A DNA stretch of 64,000 nt from NCBI GenBank assembly GCA_965218295.1, contig CBDCKN010000010.1, positions 18,304 through 82,303 of the forward strand, in the 5' to 3' direction. The notes beneath the pieces were generated by a model. That model was not told the DNA's origin and did not search any database. It was given only the letters and a program-made list of their open reading frames with translations. How positions within the stretch are numbered: the first letter of the stretch is position 1; each line of letters opens with the position of its first letter. Origin of the DNA: Longimicrobiales bacterium (GTDB lineage: Bacteria > Gemmatimonadota > Gemmatimonadetes > Longimicrobiales > Gaopeijiaceae). The translations under genes were made by a program, and so were the position numbers. Of the stretch, positions 1 to 12,876 are shown piece after piece.

Positions 1-1841
<1,841 letters not shown>

Positions 1842-1845
<4 letters not shown>

Positions 1846-3239
1846 GAGGCATGCCTGAGTTCGTTCTGCGGAGCCGGTTGAATCACCCTCTCGACAAGGT
1901 CTTCGCCTGGCATATGCGCCCAGGGGCCCTCGAGCGCCTCATTCCGCCCTGGGAGAGTGTCGAGATCCTGAAGCGCTCAGGCACGCCGGCCGACGGCGGC
2001 CGGATCCTCTTCCGGGTTCGACGCGGGCCCACCGATGTCAAGTGGGAGGTGAGGCACACCGATTTCGAGGAGGGCGTGTCGTTCCGGGATGAGCAGACTC
2101 GCGGTCCGTTCACGCGATGGGTCCACACGCACCGATTCGAGCCTACGGAGACGGGCGGGTGTCTGGTGGAGGATCACGTGGACTGGGAGCTCCCCATGGG
2201 CGTGGCCGGGCAGCTGCTCGGAGGGTCCACCGTGGAGCACGAGCTCGAGCGCCTCTTCACGTTCCGGCACCAGAGGCTGGCCAACGATCTCGACCGCATC
2301 GACCGCTACCGGGAGGACCGGACCCTGAAGGTCGGCGTGACCGGCTCTACCGGCCTCATCGGCCATGCCCTGTGCGCCATGCTCACCACGGGGGGACACC
2401 GGGTCGTCCGGCTGCGACGGGATGCAGGGGCGCTCGGCCCCGACGACGCGCTCTGGAATCCGAGTGGCGAGCCCGAGGACATGAGCAAGCTCGAGGGACT
2501 GGACGCGGTCGTGCACCTGGCTGGGGAGCCTCTGCTGGGCCTTCGATGGACCGACGAGAAGAAGAAGCGCATCTGGCGGAGCCGTGTGAAGGCGACGGAG
2601 TCGCTGGCCCGCACCCTCGCCCAGCTCAGACGGCCTCCCCGGGTGCTCGTGGCCTCCTCGGCTGTGGGGTACTACGGCGACCGGGGCAATCAGGTGCTCA
2701 CGGAGAGCTCCAAGCCCGGGAAGGGGTTTCTCGCGGAGCTCTGTAAGGCCTGGGAAGAGGCTACGCGACCGGCCGCCAGAATGGCCATTCGGGTTGTGAA
2801 CCTCCGTGCCGGCCTGGTCCTGACGCCGGCTGGAGGCGCATTGGGCACCATGCTCCTCCCCTTCAAGGTGGGGATCGGAGGTCGGCTGGGGAGCGGCCGG
2901 CAGTACGTGAGCTGGATCGATCACGATGACGTGCTGAGCTTGATCCTCCACGTGATACGCACCGACACCATACGGGGGCCCGTGAACGCCACCACACCCT
3001 ATCCCGTGCCCAACTCGACATTCACCAGCACCTTGGGCAGGGTGCTCCACCGACCGACCCTCGTGCCCGTCCCCAGCCTGGCGGTGAAGGTTCTCTTCGG
3101 GGAGATGGGCACCGAAATGTTGCTTTCGAGTGCCCGGGCGCGACCGGCCGTGGCCGAGGAGACCGGGTTCGAGTTCATATATCCCGGTTTGGAGGAGTCG
3201 TTGCGGTATCAGCTGGGCAGGGAAGTCGTCCCGCCTTGA
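1842..3239 (+). CDS. SRPBCC domain fused to TIGR01777-type NAD-dependent epimerase/oxidoreductase
   Basis: N-terminal [18 protein letters not shown] (SRPBCC), then [31 protein letters not shown]. The stop codon lies inside repeat copy A. Confidence 0.9.
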
Positions 3240-3294
3240 TCCCACGGCGCCCCGACCCTCTTGGTGTCTCGCGAACTTCGGAAACGGAACACTA
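3225..3294. repeat. MITE-like repeat, copy A (right half only)
   Basis: gtcgtcccgccttgatcccacggcgccccgaccctcttggtgtctcgcgaacttcggaaacggaacacta is nearly identical to the ends of copies C, D and E. Confidence 0.9.
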
Positions 3295-3945
3295 GCTCGC
3301 GTGCTCGAACCCGCCGTCGGGACTCAGGGGCGGGTAGGGTGCTCCTCGCTCCCGATAGTGCCGGGCCACCCTTGGATAGGCCCACTCGAAGAGGATCCGC
3401 TCGAACTCGGTCTCGTCCAGGCGAGAGGCGTCGTACATGCCGGCAGCCTGCCTCTGGCGGAAGGCCTCGAAGAGTAGGATCGCCGTGGCCACCGAGACGT
3501 TGAAGGAGTGAGCCATCCCCACCATGGGGATCACGACGTGCTCGTCAGCGAGAGCGAGCCCCTCCTCGCTGAGTCCCAGGAGCTCCGCACCCATCATGAT
3601 GGCTGTGGGCCGTGTGTAGTCGACGGCGCGGAAGTCCGTAGCGTCGGGTCCGGGGTGGGCCGCCAGTACGCGGAATCCTAGGCCCTTCAAGGTCTCCACA
3701 GCATCTCTCGTGGTGGCGTGCCGGACCACCTTGATCCACTTGGACGTGCCTGCGGACGTGTGTCCGTGGATGTCCAACCCCTCCGGTGGTGGCACCGCGT
3801 GAGCTTCCAGCACGCCCACGGCATCGCAGTTGCGTAGGATGGCCGAGAGGTTGTGGCTCTTATGGACCCGCTCCATGAGCACCGTAAGGTCCGGCTGGCG
3901 CCGGCGCAGTGCCGAAGTAAGCTTGGAAAGGCGCTCGGGGTTCAT
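3292..3945 (-). CDS. trmH: tRNA (guanosine-18-2'-O)-methyltransferase
   Basis: RRQPDLTVLMERVHKSHNLSAILRNCDAVGV; SPOUT motif IPMVGMAHSFNVSVA. Confidence 0.93.
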   Translation of the reverse strand: MNPERLSKLTSALRRRQPDLTVLMERVHKSHNLSAILRNCDAVGVLEAHAVPPPEGLDIHGHTSAGTSKWIKVVRHATTRDAVETLKGLGFRVLAAHPGPDATDFRAVDYTRPTAIMMGAELLGLSEEGLALADEHVVIPMVGMAHSFNVSVATAILLFEAFRQRQAAGMYDASRLDETEFERILFEWAYPRVARHYRERGAPYPPLSPDGGFEHAS

Positions 3946-4154
3946 CGATGGCAGGGGGTCCGGGCGGCGGGTGTCATGTCTTCGATTGCCCTCGTTGTCG
4001 GTTGCTCAATAGAATGGCGACTTGTCGTAGCCCTGACCATGGCCGACCGAGCACCGCGAAGCGGGCGTAAGTCAATCGCGAGACGTTCTAATATCCGGGA
4101 GCTGCTTGGATCGCTGGATCGCCTCGTCTCCCTCCTCGGGAGTGAACTGGAACC

Positions 4155-4844
4155 GTGAACGAATCTCGCTGGGTTGTCCCGTCAGTTTTGGGAGTGTGGC
4201 TTCTCGCCGCGACCGCGGTCGGTGCGGCCGGCCTTCTGGTCGACCTTTTACCACCGTGGCCGCAGGTCATCCTGGTTGGGCTCACGCTTCTGAGTCTCGC
4301 CTTCCTGTGGTCCGATGGACCTGTGCGCCGATGGGCAGCGCTAGTTGATGCGCGGCTATTCGTGGCCTTCCATATCACGCGATTTGTTGGCGTCTATTTC
4401 CTTGTCTTATATGGGCGAGGGCAGTTGCCGTACGAGTTCGCCGTGATCGGTGGCTGGGGTGACATCATCATCGCGACGTTGGCGGTTTTACTGATCGCGA
4501 CAGGTCCGCCGGACGGACCGCGGCGCACAGCATACTTGGTGTGGAATGCAGCCGGTCTGGCGGACATTCTCTTCGTCGTAGCGACGGCTACCCGACTTAC
4601 TCTGGCGGATCCAACATCCTTGGCTCCCATGCTGCGCCTGCCACTCAGCCTATTGATCACGTTCGTTGTGCCAATCGTCATTGCTACGCATATCTGGCTC
4701 TTTCGTCGACTGGGGAAGAGTGATGATGGCCACTCAAGCTGGTGGGCCGATGAGCATCGTGAGGGAGAGGAGGAAAATCATGAGGTTCACACCCAGCACG
4801 AGCAGCGTCAGGATCCCCCCGATGTAGCCCCCGAATTGAGCTAG
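4155..4844 (+). CDS. Hypothetical multi-pass membrane protein; 3' end uncertain
   Basis: About six hydrophobic segments, FHITRFVG and GWGDI motifs; the last ~40 codons overlap the convergent ORF. Confidence 0.65.
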   Translation: MNESRWVVPSVLGVWLLAATAVGAAGLLVDLLPPWPQVILVGLTLLSLAFLWSDGPVRRWAALVDARLFVAFHITRFVGVYFLVLYGRGQLPYEFAVIGGWGDIIIATLAVLLIATGPPDGPRRTAYLVWNAAGLADILFVVATATRLTLADPTSLAPMLRLPLSLLITFVVPIVIATHIWLFRRLGKSDDGHSSWWADEHREGEEENHEVHTQHEQRQDPPDVAPELS

Positions 4845-5368
4845 GCCGAACCACGCGAAAGCTGAAAGGACGGAGCCGATGATCCCACCCCAAGGGCCGA
4901 AGACGGCAACGAGTATCGGCGCGAAGACGAGGCATCCCACAACCGGGATATAGAGTATGACCAATTCCTGCCGATCTGTTCTGGGAGTCTCGTAGCTGTA
5001 GATGTCTTCGCCACTCTCATCGTGAGCGAATGTCATCGAGAGGGCGAGCTCCAGGACCGCCTCACGCTCATCGGTCTGGGAATTCCAAAGCAGGTGGAGC
5101 AGCTCACCCCTCCACATGTGAACCACGGCCGTCGTCTCCTCTCCCAGTTCCCACCCGCGGGGAAAGGCTGTCGGTACCAGAGTGCCATCGTCCTGTACCA
5201 GCTTGTCAGCCTTCTCGAGGAGTACCGGATCGTGGTTCCACCTCGCTATTGATTCTCCTAGTCGCTTGTCGTCTATGGAGATACGCGGGATACCGTGGGC
5301 CTCGAGCATGTCGTTTGCCGTCAGTAGCTTGGCGGCATTCCCCCAGATCAGATGCCCACCGATCCATG
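4734..5368 (-). pseudogene. Hypothetical membrane protein, probably N-terminally truncated by the IS
   Basis: The frame stays open upstream of ATG 5309 up to the IS end near 5369; C-terminal TM segments. Confidence 0.45.
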
Positions 5369-6640
5369 GCGGAACCTGTCAACGCCAGTGAGACACTCTT
5401 GGAAATCAATTAGAGAGCAATCTCCTGTGTAGTGAGGGATGGGGTGGGAGGATTGATCCAGACGGCCTCCGGGAGTGGTTTAGGCTTCGGCTCACCGGAG
5501 ACGAAGCGCTCGGGATGAGCGGCCCATGCCTCACGGAGCACGGCCTTCCTGCAGGCGATGATCCGATCGGCGTGACCGAAGTGGACCTGTTCGGGGGTCA
5601 GCATCGAGATGCCGCCATGGCGGTGCTCGGCATTATACCAACGGAAGAACGAGCGACAGAAGGTCTTGGCTTGCCCCTGATCCCCGAACCGGCCGGGAAA
5701 CGAGGGATGGTACTTCAAGGTCTTGAACTGAGCCTCGGAGAACGGATTGTCATCCGAGACCTGGGGTCGGCCCAACGAGCGGGTCACGCCGAGATCGGCG
5801 AGTAGTTGAGCCGTGCATTGGCTCGTCATCGGAGCCCCTCGATCGGAATGCAGGGTCAGGAGGTGGGGCTGGACGCCATGCTTCAAGCAACTCTGCTGGA
5901 TCAGCCGGCTGGCCAGGGCAGAGTTCTCCCGATCCGCCACCATCCATCCCACGACGTAGCGGCTGAAGATGTCCAGGATCACGTAGAGGTAGAAGTAACT
6001 CCACTTCTTCGGCCCCAGCAGCCGGGTGATATCCCAGGACCAGACCTGGTTCGGGCCCCTCGCCATCAACTCGGGCTTCTGGTATTTGGGATGACTCCGC
6101 TGCGCTCGACGCTCCTGAACCGGCACCTGGGAAGCCAGAACGCGATACATCGTACGCTCGCTGCACAGGTAGACGTCCTCGTCGAGCAGCGTCGCCACCA
6201 CCTCGGCTGGGGACCGGTCCACGAAACCGCTCCGAACACAGGGTGTCGAAAATCTTGTCCCGCTCCCTCTCACTTAAGGCCCGGGCGGGGGTCGGGCGGG
6301 GCTGCTGATGCCCGGTCGATGCACTCCGACGACGGTAGAACGTGGCTCGCGGCACCCTGAGCGCATCGCACGCGGGCTTCACCCCTACGTGCTTGGCTAG
6401 CTCCTGGGTCGCCTTCATGAGTTCGTCCCGTCCTCGAGGCTCAATCCCAGCAGCCCTGCAACTTTTCCCTGGACGTCGATGATCAAGTGCGCCTTCTGGA
6501 GCTCCTTCTCGAGGCGAGTGTTCTCGCGCTCCAGCTTGCGCACCTTCTCCTCCAGCGGATTGCGCTCGCGCTTACGGCCTCGTTTCTTCGACAGCGCTTT
6601 CAGGGACCCGCTATGCGCCGCCTTGCGCCATGTCGTCAGG
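5369..6640 (-). mobile_element. IS3-family element 1: right end, orfB and 3' part of orfA; left end missing
   Basis: orfB DDE motifs (WSWDIT, LHSDRG, DDNPFSEAQFKTLKY); orfA C-terminus LTTWRK...IIDVQGKV (6415-6640) is cut by element 2; terminus-like gcggaacctgtcaacgccagtgagacac. Confidence 0.85.
5410..6418 (-). CDS. IS3-family transposase OrfB with an apparent 1-nt frameshift near 6225
   Basis: 5750..6418 gives the N-terminus (…LCSERF) and 5410..6273 continues (FVDRSPAEVV…); extra T in a TTT run. Confidence 0.85.
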
Positions 6641-6696
6641 TGGAGTTGCCCCGATTGAGTGGACACCCAATCTCTTGAGAGAGAAAGGAGTCCACA

Positions 6697-7011
6697 GTGC
6701 CAAGAACGAGACCACCGTACGCGCCGGAGTTCCGGCGTCAAATGGTTGAGATGGTACGAGCAGGGCGGACGCCGGAGGAGCTGAGCCGGGAGTTCGAGCC
6801 GACAGCGCAGACGATCCACAACTGGGTGAGGCAAGTGGATCGGGATGAGGGCCTGAGGTCCGATGGTCTGACGAGCGATGAACGTGAAGAGGTCCGACGA
6901 CTGCGCCGAGAGGTCAAACAGCTGAAGGTCGAGCGGGAGATCCTAAAAAAAGCCGCAGCCTGGTTCGCGCGGGAGACCGACTCGGTGCCACCGAAGCATT
7001 CGAGTTCGTGA
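6697..7011 (+). CDS. IS3 OrfA (HTH)
   Basis: YAPEFRRQMVEMVRAG…EREILKKAAAWFA. Confidence 0.92.
   Translation: MPRTRPPYAPEFRRQMVEMVRAGRTPEELSREFEPTAQTIHNWVRQVDRDEGLRSDGLTSDEREEVRRLRREVKQLKVEREILKKAAAWFARETDSVPPKHSSS
6945..6952 (+). other. -1 programmed ribosomal frameshift site (A7G)
   Basis: AAAAAAAG near the orfA end; the -1 frame is open into orfB, as is typical of IS3. Confidence 0.8.
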
Positions 7012-7856
7012 GCACGCATCAGGCGACGTATCCAGTGCGGACGATGTGCCGAGTGCTGGGAGTCTCCCCCAGCGGCTACTACGCGTGGCGAGCTCGTCCG
7101 CGGTCGGCGAGAGCACGGGCCAACGAGCGACTGCTCGAGCGGATCCGAGAGATCCATAAGTTATCCGATGAGACGTACGGCTCGCCGCGGATCCACGCGG
7201 AGCTCCAGGACGAGGGACAGAGTGTGGGTCTGAACCGTGTTTCGCGGTTGATGCGGCGTGGGGGTCTGGTGGGTGTGACGAGACGACGGAAGTGGCGGAC
7301 GACGAAGCGCGACAAGGACGCCCGTCCGGCGCCGGATCTGGTACAGCGTGACTTCGCGGCCGAGGGGCCGGATCAACTCTGGGTGGCCGACATCACGTAT
7401 GTGCCAACCGGGAGTGGGTTCTTGTACCTAGCGGTTGTCGTGGACGCGTGGAGCCGTCGCGTGGTCGGCTGGTCTATGGAGAACCACCTGAGGACGGACC
7501 TGGTCGTCAGAGCACTGAACATGGCGCTGTTGCAGCGCCGGCCTGCGGATGTGATCCATCACTCAGACCAGGGTACGCAGTACACATCGATCGCGTTCGG
7601 ACTCCGGTGCAAGCACGTGGGAGTTCGGCCCTCGATGGGCTCGGTGGGCGACTGCTACGACAACGCGCTCTGCGAGAGCTTCTTCGCCACGCTCGAGTGC
7701 GAGCTGATCGAACGCAGGCGCTTCGCGAATCGTGTGGAGGCGAAGATGGCGGTCTTCCGCTTCATCGAGAGCTGGTACAACCCGCGACGCCGGCACTCAG
7801 CGCTGGGCTACAAGTCGCCGGTCAACTTCGAAGTGAAGCACTCGGAGGCAGCGTGA
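7008..7856 (+). CDS. IS3 OrfB DDE transposase
   Basis: WVADITY, HHSDQGTQY, DNALCESFF, YNPRRRHSALGY. Confidence 0.95.
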   Translation: MSTHQATYPVRTMCRVLGVSPSGYYAWRARPRSARARANERLLERIREIHKLSDETYGSPRIHAELQDEGQSVGLNRVSRLMRRGGLVGVTRRRKWRTTKRDKDARPAPDLVQRDFAAEGPDQLWVADITYVPTGSGFLYLAVVVDAWSRRVVGWSMENHLRTDLVVRALNMALLQRRPADVIHHSDQGTQYTSIAFGLRCKHVGVRPSMGSVGDCYDNALCESFFATLECELIERRRFANRVEAKMAVFRFIESWYNPRRRHSALGYKSPVNFEVKHSEAA

Positions 7857-7954
7857 ACCCTTCGGGCCTTCAGGCTGCCGTGGTGCTTCCAACCTTGGCG
7901 GATCTCGGCTGCCTTCCACTCCCCTGCGCCTCTGGCGCAGCGGAAGCTTCTGAC

Positions 7955-9331
7955 GAGCTAGGATCAAAGGGTGTGTAAAAAGAGAGGCGACGTACCTTTC
8001 CGCTGAGTAATAACCAGCGAACTCCGGGTGACAGCCCGGGGGAAAGGAACGACGCCTCGTGAGGAAGAATACGGTGGGACCCGAGGGTGAGTCCAGGACG
8101 CCCGTGTGGGAAGTTCTGGAAGAAGTGGTTCGGGAGAAGGCGCAGGAGTTCATTCAACAGATCTTGGAGGAGGAAGTCACGGAGTTGCTAGGGCGAGAGA
8201 AGTCAGAGCGCAGGAGGGTGGTGGACGCGACCGAGGCTACCGCAACGGATACGGCAAGCCGAGGCGGCTGGCGATGAGCTCGGGCACGATCACACTCCGA
8301 CGCCCTCGAGTTCGAGGCCTTGAGGAGCGGTTCGAGAGCCGCGTGCTGCCGTTGTTCGCGAGGCGGACGAAGGAGCTGGGCGCTCTGCTTCCGGAGCTGT
8401 ATCTGCACGGACTGGCGGAGGGAGACTTCGAGTTGGCGATGCGGGGCCTGCTGGGCGAGGGGGCACCGCTGTCGAAGTCTTCGATTCGGCGGCTGCGGGC
8501 GGGATGGACGGCGGAGTTCGAGGAATGGAGCCAGCGTCGCCTGGAGGGTCGTGAGGTCGTCTACGTGTGGGCGGACGGGATCTATGTGAAGGCAGGGCTG
8601 GAGCGGGACAAAGCGGCGCTGCTGGTGGTGCTGGGTGCCATGCGAGACGGGACGAAAGAGGTGTTGGCCCTGAGAGCGGGCTACCGAGAGTCGGTCGAGT
8701 CCTGGTCCGAGGTGTTGCGGGACCTGAAGGCACGCGGCATCGAGGCGCCCCGGCTTCTGATGGCGGACGGTAACGCTGCGATCTGGGGCGCAGTACGGCA
8801 GGTATGGCCTGAGGCGGGTGAGCAACGGTGCTGGAACCACAAGATGAGGAACGTGCTGGACCGACTACCTCAGCGGGAGCAGGGCGAGGCGAAGGATCTT
8901 CTCCGGGCCGTGGTCTACGCACCGAGCCGGGCCGAGGCCCTGAAGGCCCGCGAGGTGTTCGCCCGACGCTATAGGCCGTGGTATCCGAAAGCAGTGGACG
9001 TACTCGAGGACGACTGGGAGCGGATGGTAGCGTTCTACGACTTCCCCGAGGACCACTGGAAGCATCTACGCACGACGAACGTGGTCGAGAGCCCGTTCGC
9101 CGCGGTACGGCTCAGGACGACAGCAGCGAAGCGGTTCAAGCGGGTCGAGAGCGCTACGGCGCTAATCTGGAAGTTGCTCTTGGTGGCTGAGAAGCGGTTC
9201 CGAAGGCTCGACGCTCCTCACCTCCTCAAGGACGTATTTGAAGGAAGAAAGTTCGAAGACGGAAAGCCCGTCTCACACCAACAGCGGAAGAACGCCGCCT
9301 AATACGTTTACACACCTATTGACCCAACCTC
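7955..9331 (+). mobile_element. IS256-family element without target-site duplication
   Basis: IRs gagctaggatcaaagggtgtgtaaa and the reverse complement of tttacacacctattgacccaacctc match at 20/25; the flanks differ. Confidence 0.9.
8059..9302 (+). CDS. IS256 (Mutator-type) transposase, frameshift near 8235
   Basis: GYRNGY, YVWADGIY, QRCWNHK, HLRTTNVVES; the N-terminus is in ORF 8059..8277. Confidence 0.9.
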
Positions 9332-9494
9332 GTGTGGTGTCCCAGAAGTGTCTCGGCCATTCGAGCACCGATGCATCCGGCTCTGCGGCGTTCCTTCTCC
9401 TCGAAATAGCGTTGCTATTCCTCGTCGTCGCGCCTTGCAGGATCCGGCGCCTCGGCACTCTCGGTGGCTCGCGAACTTCTGGGACACCACACTA
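9332..9494. repeat. MITE-like repeat, copy B (divergent, full length)
   Basis: Perfect 18-bp TIR gtgtggtgtcccagaagt/acttctgggacaccacac; shares aagtgtctcggcca and ggtggctcgcgaactt with copies C and D. Confidence 0.85.
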
Positions 9495-10853
9495 GCCGAG
9501 CTCCTCGTAGAGGTAGGCCAGAGTCCGGATGCCCTTCTCGATGTGCTCCTCCGGGAACCATTCGTTGGGCGCGTGCAGATTGGCTCCCGGAAGGGAGAAG
9601 CCGAGGAGTAGGGCGGGGGCGTCGAGGATTCGCTCGAACTCTCCCACAATGGGTATGCTTCCGCCCTCGCCGGCCAGGACCGGTGCCGCCCCGAACGCCT
9701 TCATCAAGGCCGTCGTGGCGGCCTCCTTGAGACTCTCGCTCAGCTGGGCCCGCCAGGGCATGCCGCCGGGTAGCTCCTCGATCCGGACCGTCACGCCGGC
9801 AGGAGTGACCTTGGCGACATGTGCTTGCAGTAGCTCGTAAACGCGCCTGGGATTCTGGTCCGCCACCAGGCGGAAGCTCACCTTGGCCATGGCCTTGCCC
9901 GGGAGCACTGTCTTCGCCCCCTCGCCAGTGTAACCCGAGAGCAGCCCGTTCACTTCGCAGGTAGGCCGGGTCCAGAGCCTTTCGGGGACCGAGTACCCGC
10001 TCTCACCACCCGCAAGGGTAGCTCCGACCGACTCGGCGAACTCCTCCTCGTCGAAGGGCAGGCTCCCGATGGCGTCCCGAGTTTCGGCGTCCCATTCGAG
10101 AACGTCGTCGTAGAAGCCCTCGATGGTGATGCGGCCTTCGTCGTCGAACAGGGTAGCCAGGATCTGTGCCAGCGCCATGGCGGGGTTCACGACAGGACCG
10201 CCGTAGGCGCCGGAGTGCAAGTCGCTGGACGGTCCGTCCACGTGGATCTCGCAGTAGGCGAGGCCCCGCAGCGAAAAGAGGAGAGAGGGAAGCCCCGGGG
10301 CGAACATCGCCGTATCAGAGATGACGACGGTGTCGCACGCCAACCGGTCCCTGTTCGCCTCGACGAAGGGCACCAGGTTGGGCGAGCCCACCTCTTCCTC
10401 GCCTTCGGCCAGGATGATGAGGTTCACCGGGAGTCCGCCTCCGGCCTTCAGATGCGCCTCAGCCGCCTTCACATGAAGGTAGAGCTGACCCTTGTCGTCG
10501 GCCGAGCCACGGGCGTAGAGGCGGCTCTCCCGGAACTCCGGCTCGAAAGGCGGAGACTCCCAGAGCTCCAGTGGCTCGGGAGGCTGCACGTCGTAGTGAC
10601 CGTATACAAGGACTGTGGGGGCGTCGTCACCGGCACCCCGCCACTCCCCCAGCACTATCGGATGACCGGCCGTATCGATGACCTCGGCCTGAAGACCGGC
10701 GTCTATCAGCTTCGCCTGCAGCCACTCGGCGGCTCAGCGGGTGTCGGCGTTGTGGTCCGACTTGGCGCTTATGGAAGGGATCCGTAGAAAGTCGAAGATC
10801 TCGTCTGTAAAGCGCTGCAGTTCTTCTCCGATGTACTTCTGAACGTCACTCAT
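9492..10853 (-). CDS. M20-family dipeptidase (CNDP/DapE-like), frameshift near 10735
   Basis: YGHYDVQP, ARGSADDKGQ, EGEEEVGS, HAPNE; N-terminus MSDVQKYIG…FLRIPSIS is in another frame. Confidence 0.9.
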
Positions 10854-10942
10854 GCTCGATGTTCTTGAAAAGGGGTATACGAAGAGGCGCCGGCCTGCGG
10901 GCCGCCGCCTCTTGCATGTCCAACACCTGGCCGTGCTACCGA

Positions 10943-11221
10943 TCAGATGAGACCGCGAATGCCCCACCGGTAGACGAAGCTCATGAACGCTGAAGACGCC
11001 AGGGCGCCGCCCATTCCGCCGGCGCTCAGCGCGAGGGGTTCGTCAAACTCGAATATGCCGACTCCCAGCATGCCTCCGATGACGGCACCGAAGGCGCCGA
11101 GCACCATGAGGAGAGGGACGTGACCGGAGGTCTCTTCCGGTCGTTTGATGGCTATCCGCATGAGGAGGCCGACAAAGGCTCCCATCACGATCCAGATGCC
11201 GATGCCGATCCAGTTCTCCAT
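10943..11221 (-). CDS. Small membrane protein, GlsB/YeaQ/YmgE (transglycosylase-associated)-like
   Basis: 92 aa with three Gly-rich TM helices (WIVMGAFVGLL, LGAFGAVIGG). Confidence 0.7.
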   Translation of the reverse strand: MENWIGIGIWIVMGAFVGLLMRIAIKRPEETSGHVPLLMVLGAFGAVIGGMLGVGIFEFDEPLALSAGGMGGALASSAFMSFVYRWGIRGLI

Positions 11222-11480
11222 TGGTCACCGTTTGGGGTCAAGCGTGGTCTCGATGTCAAAGGCCGAAGCCTCAGGAAGGGGAATCTAAATGATCCGCCGA
11301 TTGGCGCCACCGGCAGGACCCCAGCTGAACCTAGCCGAGGCGTCAGTCGGCCGTTGCCGCGATGCGGCCTAGGAGTCGACCGCCGAGACGAGCGAGCGTT
11401 AGCGAGCTCAATTGTGGCCCTCTGCCTCACCCCATACGGATCTCATTGTGCCCCGGGGCCCGCGGGTCTACGGTTGGATC

Positions 11481-11990
11481 GTGAACGACGATGTCATCGA
11501 TCTGACCAAGTATCTGGGCGGAGCCCCCGCCGCTGGGGAACCGGACGGCTCGCGCAGCAGCTTCTCCGTTTGGGGTGGTGACGGGGAGCGATCGCGCTTC
11601 GCCCTACCCATCTGGCGGTCGATCTACCTGGTCGGTGGGGGAAGGGGGGGCCTGGTCTGGGTGGCCGAGCAGGGAGACTCCGAGCCGCAGGCGCTCTTCG
11701 TCCTGGACCTGGCAGCGGAGCCCGCCCGGACCGACTTCACGCTCCCGGCTGTCGAAGGCGATGACCTCGGGGAGGCACCCACGGTCCTCGAGGAGGGCGA
11801 CGCGGTGGCGGTGTATCTTGGGAGCCGAGACGGCAAGAGCTGGTTTCTCGTGCTGGATGATTGCGGCGCCGCCAACGAACCCGTGACGGCCGGGACGAGG
11901 GAGGACCTACTCTTTCTGGCGGGAGAGTGTGCCGGCCTGCTCTTCTTCCGCGAGCTCGCCGAGGCCGGAGAAGAGTTGGATCTGGAGTAG
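11481..11990 (+). CDS. Hypothetical protein
   Basis: Acidic, globular-looking ORF with coding-like codon usage; start uncertain. Confidence 0.6.
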   Translation: MNDDVIDLTKYLGGAPAAGEPDGSRSSFSVWGGDGERSRFALPIWRSIYLVGGGRGGLVWVAEQGDSEPQALFVLDLAAEPARTDFTLPAVEGDDLGEAPTVLEEGDAVAVYLGSRDGKSWFLVLDDCGAANEPVTAGTREDLLFLAGECAGLLFFRELAEAGEELDLE

Positions 11991-12003
11991 CAGCCTTCTG
12001 GTC

Positions 12004-12666
12004 CTACTCGTTCTTCCCCATGGCACGTTTCAGTGCTTCCAATCGGGCGTCCACGTCAATGGGGGGCGGCTCCGGAGCCGATCTGAACTCTTCCAGCGGA
12101 TCGTCGTCCAACGCCTCGTCCACTTCCAGGTGGGCCTCTCGACGAGCATCGTCGTCTTTGATGTCGCTGGCGATGCGATCCAGCTCGGCGAATAGATCGT
12201 CCGCCCCTTCGATGGAATTTCGTGCCGACGCCCGTCCGGCGGTTGCCGTGAGCGCCTCCCGGTTCTTCTCGGCGCTCTTGATCGCCTCGATCATCTCCCG
12301 GAACTCGCCCCGCCGCATGTCCAACTCCTCCTTGAGGGCCAAGGCTTTCTGTTCGAGGACGTCCCGGCGGTGCTCATGCTTCTCGGCGTACTCCCGGGCG
12401 ACCCGGGCGGTCTCCTCATCACCGATCTCGGAGGCCATCTTCTCCCGCCGCCGGCAAGTCTCGCCCTCGCGCTTCTCGGTCTCGGTGGCCTTGAGGGCTT
12501 TCTTGATGGCCACCTCAAGCCGCTTGGTCTCGGCTTGGGTGTCTGCGGCCTCACGCTTCATCTCCCTCAGGAGACGATCCACGGCCTCCGGAACGTCATC
12601 CCGGTCCAGTTCTTCCTTGAAGTTGTCTATGGCTTCTCGGAAGGCTCGGCGCAGCTTGTCGAACAT
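12004..12666 (-). CDS. PspA/IM30-like coiled-coil protein
   Basis: MFDKLRRAF…, AxxxGDEETARVA, long heptad coiled coil, C-terminal DVDARLEALKRAMG. Confidence 0.75.
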   Translation of the reverse strand: MFDKLRRAFREAIDNFKEELDRDDVPEAVDRLLREMKREAADTQAETKRLEVAIKKALKATETEKREGETCRRREKMASEIGDEETARVAREYAEKHEHRRDVLEQKALALKEELDMRRGEFREMIEAIKSAEKNREALTATAGRASARNSIEGADDLFAELDRIASDIKDDDARREAHLEVDEALDDDPLEEFRSAPEPPPIDVDARLEALKRAMGKNE

Positions 12667-12692
12667 GGTGCCTAATTGTGGAACATCGCGCT

Positions 12693-12876
12693 TAGTGCCC
12701 CGCTTCCAAAGTGTCTCGGCCAGTCGAGGGCACGGTGCATCCGTGTGCTCGGCGTTGGGACTCCTTGCGACCACGCTTCGCGCGGTACCTGCTATTGCTA
12801 CGCCGCGTCGTCCCGCCTTGATCCCACGGCGCCCCGACCCTCTTGGTGGCTCGCGAACTTCGCAAACGGCACACTA
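12693..12876. repeat. MITE-like repeat, copy C (full length, 180 bp plus TA flanks)
   Basis: ta|gtgccccgcttccaaagt…acttcgcaaacggcacac|ta; near-identical to copy D except a longer centre. Confidence 0.92.

Larger units (their letters stand above)
6641..7954 (+). mobile_element. IS3-family element 2 inserted in orfA of element 1; right IR not found
   Basis: IRL TGGAGTTGCCCCGATTGAGTGGACACC at 6641, orfA/orfB pair, no complementary IR before IS256. Confidence 0.88.

Noticed and set aside
4734..4844. Convergent overlap of two membrane-protein ORFs
   Set aside because: The tail is just the antisense of the neighbour's TM region, and out-of-frame TGATGA near 4720 suggests the true end.
5371..5383. 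13-bp match ggaacctgtcaac with the IS481 end near 51117
   Set aside because: Short match between termini of related DDE elements; no evidence of a composite transposon.
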